This document shows, one piece after another, positions 1 through 9,165 of a DNA stretch of 21,724 bases. This DNA is from a virus, in the UHGV virus genome UHGV-0132790; one strand, 5' to 3'. Position 1 is the first letter of the stretch; the number at the start of each line of letters is the position of its first letter. The position numbers and the translations under genes were made by a program. Under the pieces are notes generated by a model. That model worked only from the letters and a program-made list of their open reading frames with translations, had not been told where the DNA came from and made no database searches.

Positions 1-85
1 GCCGTAATTTGTGCCACGCATCATCCCCCTGTTCGACAGCTCTCACGTCGATCCCTGTACGTTGCAGGATAATGTCCGGTGTCAT
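1..85 (-). CDS. exo: Lambda-type exonuclease (Red-alpha), 5' end only; gene continues beyond the left edge of the window
   Basis: Reverse complement of 1-85 translates [28 protein letters not shown], which I recognise as the lambda Exo N-terminus. Its ATG (85..83) overlaps the bet stop (84..82) in an ATGA arrangement. Confidence 0.85.
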
Positions 86-867
86 GCTGCTACCTTCTGC
101 TCTGTGACTTTCTGTTTCAGGAATCCAAGAACCTTCACAGCTTCAGCCTGTGTTAGTTCTGAAGATGTGTAAATGTTGCGGCGAAAAATCTGGGAACAGA
201 GCGGCAACAGGTCGTCATCCCACGTTTTTTCCATGGAAGTAAGAAGGGCGTTAATTTCCGACATGGTTTCTTCGTTAACCGGGGTGATGTCGCGTTCCGG
301 CTGACGTTCTGTAGTATATGCAGTATTTTCGACAATACGCTCGGCTTCATCCTTGTCATAGATGCCAGCAAATCCGAAGGCCAGGCGAGCACACTGAATC
401 ATGGCTTTGTGCCGTAACATCCGTTTGGGATGCGACTGCCACGGTCCGGTGATTTCTCTGCCTTCGCGGGTTTTGAATGGTGCGCGGCGACATTCATCCA
501 TCCACTCGGTAACGCAGATCGGGTGATTGCGATCTTTGCGGTAAATCCGGCATGTACAGGACTCATTGTCCTGCTCAAAGTCCATGCCATCAAACTGCTG
601 GTTTTCATTGATAATGCGGGACCAGCCATCAACGCCAACCACCGGAACGATGCCGTTCTGCTTGTCAGGGAAGGCGTAAATTTCTTTCGTCCAGGGATTA
701 AGGCCGTACTGGTTGGCGACGATCAACAATGCGATAAATTGCGCATCGCTGGCATCACCTTTAAATGCCGTCTGGCGAAGAGTGGTGATTAGTTCCTGTG
801 GGTCGACAGAATCCATGCCGACACGTTCAGCCAGCTTCCCTGCCAGCGTTGCGAGTGCTGTACTCAT
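82..867 (-). CDS. bet: Lambda Bet (Red-beta) single-strand annealing recombinase
   Basis: 261-aa translation [66 protein letters not shown]... matches lambda Bet from memory over essentially full length. ATG at 867. Confidence 0.95.
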
Positions 868-872
868 CCGTT

Positions 873-1169
873 TTATACCTCTGAATCAATATTAATTTGG
901 TGACGGGCGATGGTTTCAGCCATGTAGCGGATGTGTTCTGCCATGCGTTCCTGAAAATCGACATCGTCATCAAATGCACGGGAAATAGCTTTTTTGCTGG
1001 CCCCGTGACGTTGCAGATTATCGATGCATAGCGATTCAAACAGGTGTTGGGGCAGACCTTTTTCCAGGTCGTCTGCCAGCTCAGCTTCAGTTTCTTCACG
1101 GGCAATTTGCTGGTAGTGTCGTGCCCATGACTGCTCTTCAATGCGATCGGGGATAAGCCAGGCATTCAT
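873..1169 (-). CDS. gam: Gam, RecBCD inhibitor (98-aa short form)
   Basis: Translation ...[86 protein letters not shown] is close to lambda Gam. GGAGGT lies 8 nt upstream of the ATG, and the ATG overlaps the stop of the upstream 690-aa ORF. Confidence 0.9.
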   Translation of the reverse strand: MNAWLIPDRIEEQSWARHYQQIAREETEAELADDLEKGLPQHLFESLCIDNLQRHGASKKAISRAFDDDVDFQERMAEHIRYMAETIARHQINIDSEV

Positions 1170-3238
1170 GATTTATCACCTCCGAAATTTTCAAGCCTGT
1201 TGGCAATCATGATGGCGATATCAGGGATTGCTGGCGCTGTGGCTATACATGCGGGGTTGGCGCACAAACCATAGACGGCGGCAATCACGAGCTGTCTTTT
1301 CCAGTCGAGAGTTACTGGCTCAGAATTGGCGTCATCGCCGGACGTATCACTGCCTGGCTCGTTCTGAACAACGGTTTCGCCCTCCTGAGCGGTATCAACA
1401 GAGTTTTCCTGAATGATCTTCTCCTCAGTTTGTGCTGAGTCTTCTCCATCAGCGGCGTCATTTTCTCCAAAAGTTTCTGTGTAAGTGCTATCGCCCATTA
1501 CCGCACTACAGTCAGGGCAGTTACCCCCGCCAGTCTGACCACAGACGCGGCAGTTTTTTTCCAGCTCCGGTTGCGCTACTGGGGCTGGCTGTTGCTCTTC
1601 TGGCCCGTTTTGTTGCGTATCCGGGCTGTTTTGTCCCGCTTCTGGGGCAATTTGTTCCACTTTGGACTGATTCTGGTCCTCAGTGTCGCGAGCCTGGATC
1701 CCCTTAATCCACTTCGGGTCGGTTGGGGCGCTGATGCCTTCAACGAACTCCCCACGAGAGGCAGCCAGCAATTTGTCTGCATCGACAGGATTTTTGGGCG
1801 AAATGTTTTTCCTGGCTTCATGGAGTTCTGCTCTCAGTTCCTGGTATTTCGTTTCTACAGATGAGACATTTTCCAGTGATTGCGTGTCCGCATTATGTTT
1901 AACTGGAATTTCTTCCACTGATTCAGGCGCTGCCTGTTCATTAGACATTGCGTCCGATGTTTGCTGCTTTTCTTCATCGTCATGTATCTCTTCTGCTGTT
2001 CCGCGCTGCGGCATTGGGGCTGATGAGCGACCGCAGGCGATTTCCACGATTTCCGGATCCGGGTTAGAGTGATCGGTTTCGGTCAACACTTTGTTGAGAT
2101 ATTCAGTCACGCGCGCCGGGATAGCCTCAATGCCGATTGGTGCTTCTTTCACTGAAGCCACCACAATGGCGCGGGAATAATCCAGCCCACCGGGCATGGC
2201 GATGAATTTGTCACGGAAAACAGAAAAGGGCGGCTTATTCTCTGACACGATTTCTTCAACGCGTTTTGCGTGTGCTGGGTGCAGGTTATAAATATCCACA
2301 TCCATTGAACGGGCCAGAACGCCAGTGGCAATGTCTCGCGCCAGTGATGCCTGATTGTGGGTAAAGCCTTCGCCACGATCGGTAAGATTTCCGCCGCCAG
2401 CGTTAGCACCGGAAGGCGTACGAGTGATGCCTGTAACATAATTTCCTTTCTGCCATTCTTTTGCCAGCAATCCCTGATCCACATAGTCTGTTTTCATCCA
2501 GGTGGAGATGAACTTGTCGAATTCAGCCGGGCTGATGCGATGATTTGCAGAGTGGGGGAATGCTTTCCCTACAGATTCAGCCAGGCGACTAAGGTGATAG
2601 TTCGTCAGTTTATCCAGTTCATGATGCGCGGCGCGCACAGCAGTAAGCAGGCTCTGAAGGTAACTGTCCTCTGTGTCCATCTCCATACGGATCACGTTAT
2701 TGCGTTGTTCTGGTGTGGCATGATGCCGGTATTTTCCATCTTCATCTTTGCTGAATAAGAAGAGGTGAAGGAAGCGATGAGTAAGGCTCAGAGTGGCGAC
2801 GGGAATTTCACACTCAGAACAGTCATCGTCGCTGTCCGGGGATTCGCTTTTCTCCACATCATCCGGAATAGTTCCGTCCAGGTTATCGTTGTCATCGCCA
2901 GCAGTTGTGGCATCTTCACCGTTGATGTTGTCATCGAAGGGGATAGCCATCATGGTGATGCCATCGTTACCGCCTTTTTCATAGCGGTTGCAGAATTCAG
3001 TATCAAACACGCCTTCCGGTGGAAGGTCATTCACGACGGGGAAATTTACGCGAACGGGTTTTTTGAAATCATCCTCGTCGTAGCCTGCATCGTCCATGGC
3101 TGCAATGCAGCGGGAAACTGCGACAGAAAGTTTTCTGGCCTCGGTCCAGAAAAAACCGCCTTTGATGCCAAGGCGTTTTCTGACTTTATCGTTTTTTGCT
3201 TCGCAGTGTAGTGCAAAAGTCTGTTTATCAGCGCTCAT
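1166..3238 (-). CDS. Large (690 aa) acidic hypothetical protein with Cys-rich cluster; function unknown, candidate host-takeover or anti-defence factor
   Basis: Long uninterrupted ORF with ATG at 3238 and AGAGGT upstream. The stop overlaps the gam start. Contains D/E-rich tracts ([25 protein letters not shown]) and a [16 protein letters not shown] motif. No family recognised from memory. Confidence 0.6.
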   Translation of the reverse strand: MSADKQTFALHCEAKNDKVRKRLGIKGGFFWTEARKLSVAVSRCIAAMDDAGYDEDDFKKPVRVNFPVVNDLPPEGVFDTEFCNRYEKGGNDGITMMAIPFDDNINGEDATTAGDDNDNLDGTIPDDVEKSESPDSDDDCSECEIPVATLSLTHRFLHLFLFSKDEDGKYRHHATPEQRNNVIRMEMDTEDSYLQSLLTAVRAAHHELDKLTNYHLSRLAESVGKAFPHSANHRISPAEFDKFISTWMKTDYVDQGLLAKEWQKGNYVTGITRTPSGANAGGGNLTDRGEGFTHNQASLARDIATGVLARSMDVDIYNLHPAHAKRVEEIVSENKPPFSVFRDKFIAMPGGLDYSRAIVVASVKEAPIGIEAIPARVTEYLNKVLTETDHSNPDPEIVEIACGRSSAPMPQRGTAEEIHDDEEKQQTSDAMSNEQAAPESVEEIPVKHNADTQSLENVSSVETKYQELRAELHEARKNISPKNPVDADKLLAASRGEFVEGISAPTDPKWIKGIQARDTEDQNQSKVEQIAPEAGQNSPDTQQNGPEEQQPAPVAQPELEKNCRVCGQTGGGNCPDCSAVMGDSTYTETFGENDAADGEDSAQTEEKIIQENSVDTAQEGETVVQNEPGSDTSGDDANSEPVTLDWKRQLVIAAVYGLCANPACIATAPAIPDIAIMIANRLENFGGDKS

Positions 3239-3345
3239 TGTATTTAAACCTCTGGCTGGATTAGAATTAGCGGCCCTTTGTCTGATTTCTCCGAATACGG
3301 TGACGCAGGGAGAAATCCGGTAGCCTGCGCTGCCGGATTTTTATT

Positions 3346-3732
3346 TCAGTGGAAGGTTGCCTGGTTTGCTGTTTTGTGAGTTGTTTTTCCCTTTTCGTGC
3401 TGGCATTCAGGGCAGTCGCACTCAGAATTTTCTCTTGCAAACTCAAGAGCCTGTGCAAGTGTATGGATTTGTTGTGCTCCAATGTTGCTTCTGACGACTT
3501 CACATGCAGCATGAATATATGGGCTTGGTGTTTTGCCATTTAACCCACATAAAACAAAACGACTGTCCTTATATTCGTTATTTCCAACTTCTGTAAGCAC
3601 TGAAAAAGAAAATACAAAGTCGATTTTGTATTCTTTGCATATTTTACTGATGCGTTCTGCAATTTCTTCGAGTTCATTTATTGCATCAGGACTGGTTTCG
3701 GAAAATATTTCATTTTGCGCAAGTTCTTTCAT
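3346..3732 (-). CDS. Hypothetical protein (128 aa) with C-terminal CDCPEC motif
   Basis: ORF in the early-left operon orientation, AT-rich, weak SD. No recognisable family. Confidence 0.4.
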   Translation of the reverse strand: MKELAQNEIFSETSPDAINELEEIAERISKICKEYKIDFVFSFSVLTEVGNNEYKDSRFVLCGLNGKTPSPYIHAACEVVRSNIGAQQIHTLAQALEFARENSECDCPECQHEKGKTTHKTANQATFH

Positions 3733-3815
3733 TTTGATTTTTCCGTGATTGATAATTAATGCGGTTTTATTTCGGCTTGTCTGTTACAGATATGGAAGGT
3801 GTATTTTATTACTCG

Positions 3816-4034
3816 TCACAACGACGCTGCTTTTACGGGTAAGCCATCGCGCCCGATGAAAACTTTAATCATGCAGTCGGTAATGCATGTTTTTGTTGTG
3901 AAGTTACGAATATAGAGTTTTCTCTTTTCAATATTGTTTGCTGAAGCGATATATGTCCGACCTTCATGAAGAACATAATCGCCAGGCGTCACGCACTGAC
4001 GTGGTATTTCATCAGTTCCGAAGTGATGAGCAAT
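3816..4034 (-). CDS. Hypothetical small protein (about 73 aa)
   Basis: ORF in operon orientation. I chose the ATG at 4034 (MIAHHFG...) because GGAGA lies about 6 nt upstream; the ORF track starts at a GTG at 4055. Confidence 0.35.
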   Translation of the reverse strand: MAHHFGTDEIPRQCVTPGDYVLHEGRTYIASANNIEKRKLYIRNFTTKTCITDCMIKVFIGRDGLPVKAASL

Positions 4035-4210
4035 CATAATTATCTCCATTTTCACAAATGAACTTTGTTGATGCGGTGCCTGGTGCCTCCAGGTGACGTT
4101 AACCAGTTAACAACTAACGCCGGGTCAGGGGACGATGACTTTCCGTGACATCCTGTCGGTTTAACTGTTCCGCGTGCGCATAGCCGCATTCACCGCATCA
4201 CAAAATTCAC

Positions 4211-4254
4211 TTTAAAAAGGGCGGACATCAGCAATCGGCAAACCGATGTCCGCC
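4211..4254 (-). terminator. Intrinsic terminator inside the early-left operon (tL-like)
   Basis: Perfect 10-bp stem GGCGGACATC / GATGTCCGCC (4219-4228 / 4245-4254) with a 16-nt loop. On the minus strand it is followed by CTTTTTAAAG. Confidence 0.5.
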
Positions 4255-4493
4255 AAGGGCTACACACAGCAATGTTGTTATTCACAACCGGAAGCGCACG
4301 GTCGAAGAAATCTAACGACAAGCCTTCAATGGGAAAGAGTCTTCGCCGTGCACTTTCGTGTTGTACCCTGGCTTTCAGGGTAATGTCTGTTCAGTAAACT
4401 GAGAGTGCCGGAACTTACCCGTGTCCGGCGCACGATCTCCACCTCACCCGTGGAGAACTCCTCAACTACAAACCCCGTAAGGAGAGTGAATTT

Positions 4494-4703
4494 ATGACAC
4501 AAGAAGAAAAAGTGATGTTTCTGATGCGGCTGGCTGTCGATACCTACAACACACAATTCAGGGAGAAAGATATACCTCAAAAGGCAGTTCCTGCTGCGGT
4601 AGATAAGGGCGGTGCTATTGCCGTATTTTACGATGCATTTGAATCATTTTTTAATGAAAAACTCGACGCTGTTAGCGGCTTCGGAACATCGAGTAATAAA
4701 TAA
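4494..4703 (+). CDS. Small hypothetical protein (69 aa) encoded antisense to the early-left operon
   Basis: ATG at 4494 preceded by AAGGAG with 8-nt spacing. A plus-strand hairpin plus T-run follows at 4722-4756. Confidence 0.45.
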   Translation: MTQEEKVMFLMRLAVDTYNTQFREKDIPQKAVPAAVDKGGAIAVFYDAFESFFNEKLDAVSGFGTSSNK

Positions 4704-5031
4704 CGTTCATTACGGTTCTTAAACAACAATCAGTGGGCTTGATGTTGTTCTTTTCAAGCTCACTTGCCATCACTTCCATTATTCTTGCACTTACACGAAT
4801 TATTTGGTGGCTGTAAGCGATGCAACTGTCGCTGATATTGCTGTTTATTTCTATTACTTCATTTTCACCATTAGCATCAACTTCGGATGCGCTGTTTTCA
4901 TTATCCTGTTTCAGTGCTTTTTCTGCCATCTGGATGCGTGTCAGCGTTGCGGAATTTGGGCTAAGTCGATAAACCTGTCTGGCATCTTCCAGAAGCAGGG
5001 CGATAATGTGCTTCAGTTCTGTTTCGTTCAT
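4672..5031 (-). CDS. Hypothetical protein (about 119 aa)
   Basis: ATG at 5031 (MNETELKHIIALL...) with GGAG 7 nt upstream; the track's start at 5052 is a TTG. The 3' end overlaps the convergent 4494-4703 gene and its terminator, so the C-terminal extent is uncertain. Confidence 0.4.
   Translation of the reverse strand: MNETELKHIIALLLEDARQVYRLSPNSATLTRIQMAEKALKQDNENSASEVDANGENEVIEINSNISDSCIAYSHQIIRVSARIMEVMASELEKNNIKPTDCCLRTVMNVIYYSMFRSR
4722..4756 (+). terminator. Putative intrinsic terminator for the 4494-4703 gene
   Basis: AACAACA...TGTTGTT stem with an inner TCA/TGA pairing, followed by CTTTTC. Confidence 0.4.
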
Positions 5032-5062
5032 AGTTAACTCCGGTAGTTGCAATTTATTAATA

Positions 5063-5776
5063 TCAGGCGGTCAGCTCTTTAAGCTTCTGAACTGCTTTAT
5101 TCATTTCATCCATACAGTCGATGAATTCGTCCAGTTTAAGCTGCATTTTTCCGGCGGCCTGAAGAATTTCAAGTTTTAAGGGCGCAAGTTTTTTGTTGAA
5201 TGCATCATCTTCCTGGCGTTTTTTCTCCGCAATTTCGGCGGCTTTCAGCAATTCTTCAGCCTGTTTTCTGAGTATTTCTGGTGAAGGTGAAACTGCTTTG
5301 AGGTTATTCATTTCAGGTTCCTGTTGTTGCAGAATTAATTTGTTGCATTCTCTGCGTGAGCGTTTCATTGCAGATTCGCACTTCTTGCAATAAATGGCTC
5401 TCCCGTCACGCTTGCTGGCATCTGAATAAAAATCATTGACTGATTTTGTCTGCCCGCATCTGGTACATAATTTTGATTGAAGGTCCTTAATGATTGTGAC
5501 GTTTCCTTCCCGTTTGGGATATCCATATTTTTTGTGGCGGAAAAAGGTTACTCCGTTACCAGAACCTTCTTTTCTGACCTTAAATACAATGATGCTTTCC
5601 CGTTTATCGATAAAATCTATGAGCTGGTTTCTCTCCTTTCCTGACAGTTCGGCAAATGTCTTAACTTTTTTAGTAACTTCCGTAAGGCGAACTCCATCAG
5701 GCATTTTTTCAACGAAGTTTTTAATCTCTGCAAGCGGACGCCATAACTTTTGCGGCAAAACTGAAGGCGTGGTCAT
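5063..5776 (-). CDS. Hypothetical protein (about 237 aa) with zinc-ribbon (CTRCG...CKKCE) and a K/E-rich probable coiled-coil C-terminus
   Basis: ORF immediately downstream of N. ATG at 5776 lies just after the N stop (TGATTGATG), suggesting coupled translation. Confidence 0.6.
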   Translation of the reverse strand: MTTPSVLPQKLWRPLAEIKNFVEKMPDGVRLTEVTKKVKTFAELSGKERNQLIDFIDKRESIIVFKVRKEGSGNGVTFFRHKKYGYPKREGNVTIIKDLQSKLCTRCGQTKSVNDFYSDASKRDGRAIYCKKCESAMKRSRRECNKLILQQQEPEMNNLKAVSPSPEILRKQAEELLKAAEIAEKKRQEDDAFNKKLAPLKLEILQAAGKMQLKLDEFIDCMDEMNKAVQKLKELTA

Positions 5777-5779
5777 CAA

Positions 5780-6163
5780 TCACCTCGCCGTCAGTTGTTT
5801 TGATTTCCGGTAGCCTGCCGCGTAAATGGCTACGTTTGGAAGACATACACCAGTTTCTGGTTGCTTATGTCCAAACTCATTCGCGTACACAATGGCTGCT
5901 CGCTCCAGATTGCGTCTGTATTCTTTCTGTTGCCAGATCACGTCCTGTGCCATGAACTTAATTGGCTTAGCGTCTTCTATGCGCTCAGGCGTTTCGTGAG
6001 TACCTTTAGCCTGAATCTGCGCTCTGCTTAGAGTAGGGCGGTGTAATACTTCTGAACTTATTGCTTCTTCGCGGGCCAGTACGCAGTTAGCTAATGCCTT
6101 TGCCTTTAAACGCTCACGACGACGAGAACGTGAATTGCCTTTGAACTGAGTTCTGCGTGTCAT
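5780..6163 (-). CDS. N: N-type transcription antiterminator (non-lambda allele; resembles the N of Stx/H-19B-type phages)
   Basis: 127-aa product MTRRTQFKGNSRSRRRERLKAKALAN... has an N-terminal arginine-rich motif like lambda N (QTRRRERRAEKQ). It is the first gene downstream of pL. AGGAGG lies 6 nt upstream of the ATG at 6163. Confidence 0.8.
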   Translation of the reverse strand: MTRRTQFKGNSRSRRRERLKAKALANCVLAREEAISSEVLHRPTLSRAQIQAKGTHETPERIEDAKPIKFMAQDVIWQQKEYRRNLERAAIVYANEFGHKQPETGVCLPNVAIYAAGYRKSKQLTAR

Positions 6164-6330
6164 ATGGAACCTCCTGATGAACTTTGGTGGTGTGGTAGGT
6201 GGGAGACCCATTTCGACCTGTTTCGGCCTACTTCAATTCGGCAATAGTCCCGCAGGCCTCGCCGCTTTACGTGCGACATATTCCCGTCCATGAACCCTTC
6301 ACCACACCCCAAAGTTCACTTTGGTTATTG

Positions 6331-6349
6331 CGCTTTGTCAGCGCCGTAG
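6331..6349 (-). promoter_or_regulatory. Candidate nutL element
   Basis: The pL transcript reads CTACGGCGCTGACAAAGCG here. The same 19-mer, with one mismatch, recurs in the pR transcript at 9061-9079, in the expected nutL and nutR positions. Confidence 0.4.
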
Positions 6350-6412
6350 ATTCATATTTGAATCGTTGTATATTCACCGCCCTGGTGAGTAGTGCGTCCT
6401 GCTGATGTGTTT

Positions 6413-6475
6413 AGTATCACCGCCAGTGGTATTTATGTCAACACCGCCAGAGATAATTTATCACCGCAGATGGTT
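6413..6475 (-). promoter_or_regulatory. pL promoter with operators oL1, oL2, oL3 (lambda immunity type)
   Basis: TATCACCGCCAGTGGTA (6415-6431), CAACACCGCCAGAGATA (6439-6455) and TATCACCGCAGATGGTT (6459-6475) match the lambda oL operators. On the minus strand the -35 TTGACA (6441..6436) and -10 GATACT (6418..6413) are 17 bp apart. Confidence 0.85.
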
Positions 6476-6632
6476 ATCTGTATGTTTTTTATATGGATTT
6501 ATTTTTTGCAGGGTTGAGTGGCTTGGGAGGTGATCGAGAGATCTGAATTGCGATGTTTAGTGAGTTGTATCTATTTATTTTTCAATAAATACATTTGGTT
6601 ATGTGTCTTTAGGTGGGGGGGGTGAGGCAAAG

Positions 6633-6659
6633 AAAACCCGGCGCTGAGGCCGGGTTTTT
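6633..6659. terminator. Bidirectional intrinsic terminator ending the cI-cargo operon (timm-like)
   Basis: AAAACCCGGC-GCTGAG-GCCGGGTTTTT: a 6-bp GC stem flanked by an A-run and a T-run, directly after the stop of the 6660-7436 gene. Confidence 0.65.
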
Positions 6660-7436
6660 CTAGGCTACCAGAGACTCAATCCAAGAGTCTCTGGTATGGA
6701 ATGGCAACACTCGTGCGGTATCATTAAATAGTAGTGATAGTTGCTGTAGCTCAGGTGTTAACCCATCGCTGTCAACTATTACAAATCTATTGTTTATGTC
6801 AGGAACGACCTGACTTAAGTCAACAATCTTCCCAACTGTTGAGTGGGCAGTATTCCATCCCTTACTGCTGGCAAGGCTTACCGTAAACCCGCGTTTTGGT
6901 GGTATTAGTCGAGACTCATTCCTTAGCGTTAACGGAACAGTAATGTTATGCCCACTAATACCTTTCACTTTTTCCTTTAAGGCTAGTCGCTTCCCAAGCC
7001 CTGCTGATTTTAAGTAACTGATTACACATTTTTCGAACTTATCGTCTTTGACCTCAGCATACCAATCAGCAGTTTGGGCGGATGCAAGAATCCCACCACG
7101 AATAACATTTGCAGTTACCTGTCCAACGGACGACTCATCTGCCCACGCAGATATCTCTCCAGAGTCATTTAATGAAATTCCTTGCGAAGCGAGTGATGAC
7201 CTGATCAGATCAATTTTCTTTTTAGTCAGGTGGATGCCGCGTGATTCAATATTCATCAATGTATCGCAGTAGTCTGTAACCCTATACTGACCACTCATCT
7301 CTTGAACGAATACACTTATCTGCTCACAATCATCGTAGTATGTGAATGGACTAATAACGCGCAGCAACGTGTCGCTCATTGGGTGGCATTCAAACCCGAG
7401 CTTAGATATGACTGTTGAACACGTTACATTTCCCAT
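6660..7436 (-). CDS. Hypothetical protein B (258 aa) of the two-gene cassette in the rexAB slot
   Basis: ORF between pL/oL and cI, same strand as cI. Its ATG at 7436 overlaps the end of the upstream gene by 13 nt. AT-rich relative to cI. No similarity to RexB or any family I recognise. Confidence 0.6.
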   Translation of the reverse strand: MGNVTCSTVISKLGFECHPMSDTLLRVISPFTYYDDCEQISVFVQEMSGQYRVTDYCDTLMNIESRGIHLTKKKIDLIRSSLASQGISLNDSGEISAWADESSVGQVTANVIRGGILASAQTADWYAEVKDDKFEKCVISYLKSAGLGKRLALKEKVKGISGHNITVPLTLRNESRLIPPKRGFTVSLASSKGWNTAHSTVGKIVDLSQVVPDINNRFVIVDSDGLTPELQQLSLLFNDTARVLPFHTRDSWIESLVA

Positions 7437-7966
7437 GATAACTGACCTGATTTATCTTGATTAGGTAAAGGTGGGCTGCCTTCATATATGATATTAAGCG
7501 CCTCGCAAAAATAATTCCAGTAGCCAAAAAAATCATCTGGCTTGATGTTCGTTTCAAGCTTAAGTGCAATTTCTTCCCCAGCTGATTCGAAGTACATGTG
7601 ATAGTGAGGACCTCGAGCCACCTCAACAAAATCTGGATGGTTCACTATAGATTTATTACGGTGTGGCTTGTTATCCGCAGGGTACGGATCAAGCGCGTAA
7701 ATGCGCCTGTCATGAAGAAACATCACAAATGAAATCTTCACTATATCCACCCCTTCAACGATAGGAGGACGCCAGTGAAGCATAAATCTTATGCCTGTGA
7801 TTGGGTTGCCAATTTCATCAAAAGCTTTGAGATCCAATTTAAACCAGATTGGGGTTCGTCCCTCACTTCCGGTCCATGTAACTCCGCTAAAAGTTACTTT
7901 TTTCAAGCGAGTAATAGCTTGGTCAACCTCTTTCTGGGTAGGCTTAAAGTCGCCTTTTTTAGCCAC
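7424..7966 (-). CDS. Hypothetical protein A (180 aa) of the two-gene cassette in the rexAB slot
   Basis: ORF starting 46 nt downstream of the cI stop, on the same strand. Only a GTG start is available at 7966, with GGTGA about 9 nt upstream. No similarity to RexA recognised. Confidence 0.55.
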   Translation of the reverse strand: MAKKGDFKPTQKEVDQAITRLKKVTFSGVTWTGSEGRTPIWFKLDLKAFDEIGNPITGIRFMLHWRPPIVEGVDIVKISFVMFLHDRRIYALDPYPADNKPHRNKSIVNHPDFVEVARGPHYHMYFESAGEEIALKLETNIKPDDFFGYWNYFCEALNIIYEGSPPLPNQDKSGQLSWEM

Positions 7967-8012
7967 TGATTCGTATCACCATGAAAGTTATTGTTAATAC
8001 CTGTGCTTCTTG

Positions 8013-8729
<717 letters not shown>

Positions 8730-8736
8730 TTAAATC

Positions 8737-8802
8737 TATCACCGCAAGGGATAAATATCTAACACCGTGCGTGTTGACTATTATACCTCTAGCGGTGATA
8801 AT
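8737..8802. promoter_or_regulatory. oR3-oR2-oR1 operators with divergent pRM and pR promoters
   Basis: TATCACCGCAAGGGATA (8737-8753), TAACACCGTGCGTGTTG (8760-8776) and TACCTCTAGCGGTGATA (8784-8800). pR -35 TTGACT (8774-8779) and -10 GATAAT (8797-8802). The cro SD AAGGAGG follows. Confidence 0.9.
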
Positions 8803-8826
8803 GATTGCCTGTACTAAGGAGGTTGT

Positions 8827-9027
8827 ATGGAACAACGCATAACCCTGAAAGATTATGCAATACGCTTTGGGCAAACCAAGACGGCTAAAGATCTCGGCGT
8901 ATATCAAAGCGCGATTAACAAGGCCATTCATGCAGGCCGAAAGATTTTTTTAACTATAAACGCTGATGGAAGCGTTTATGCGGAAGAAATAAAGCCCTTC
9001 CCAAGTAACAAAAAAACAACTGCATAA
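8827..9027 (+). CDS. cro: Cro repressor (lambda type)
   Basis: 66-aa [66 protein letters not shown] matches lambda Cro apart from a couple of residues. Confidence 0.95.
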   Translation: MEQRITLKDYAIRFGQTKTAKDLGVYQSAINKAIHAGRKIFLTINADGSVYAEEIKPFPSNKKTTA

Positions 9028-9060
9028 GTAACACCGCTATTTTCACAATGGACATTCGTC

Positions 9061-9079
9061 CTACGTCGCTGACAAAGCG
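9061..9079 (+). promoter_or_regulatory. Candidate nutR element
   Basis: CTACGTCGCTGACAAAGCG between cro and the cII-like gene; 18 of 19 positions match the candidate nutL. Confidence 0.4.
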
Positions 9080-9165
9080 AGCCCCAAGATATCTGACCAA
9101 CTAAGGCCATATGCGTTTCCACGCATACCTTTCAACTAGCTATTCACTATTGGAAATCTTAAGAA

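Noticed and set aside
430-895. Plus-strand ORFs (120 aa and 60 aa) overlapping bet
   Set aside because: They lie entirely within the bet gene on the opposite strand, bet is confidently identified, and they have no SD or recognisable product. Likely frame artefacts.
1228-3323. Multiple plus-strand ORFs (62-148 aa) overlapping the 690-aa minus-strand gene
   Set aside because: Antisense to a long uninterrupted ORF in the operon orientation; no ribosome-binding sites or recognisable products.
3307-3345. Plus-strand hairpin ATCCGG...CCGGAT followed by TTTTATTT downstream of the 690-aa gene start region
   Set aside because: Terminator-like on the plus strand, but there is no plus-strand gene upstream and the loop is long (12 nt). 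Too weak to call.
8737-8826. Possible point differences from canonical lambda in oR1 and the pR -10 to cro leader (for example TACCTCTAGCGGTGATA versus my recollection of TACCTCTGGCGGTGATA)
   Set aside because: I cannot verify single-nucleotide differences from memory with enough certainty to claim operator mutations. It needs direct alignment to the lambda reference.
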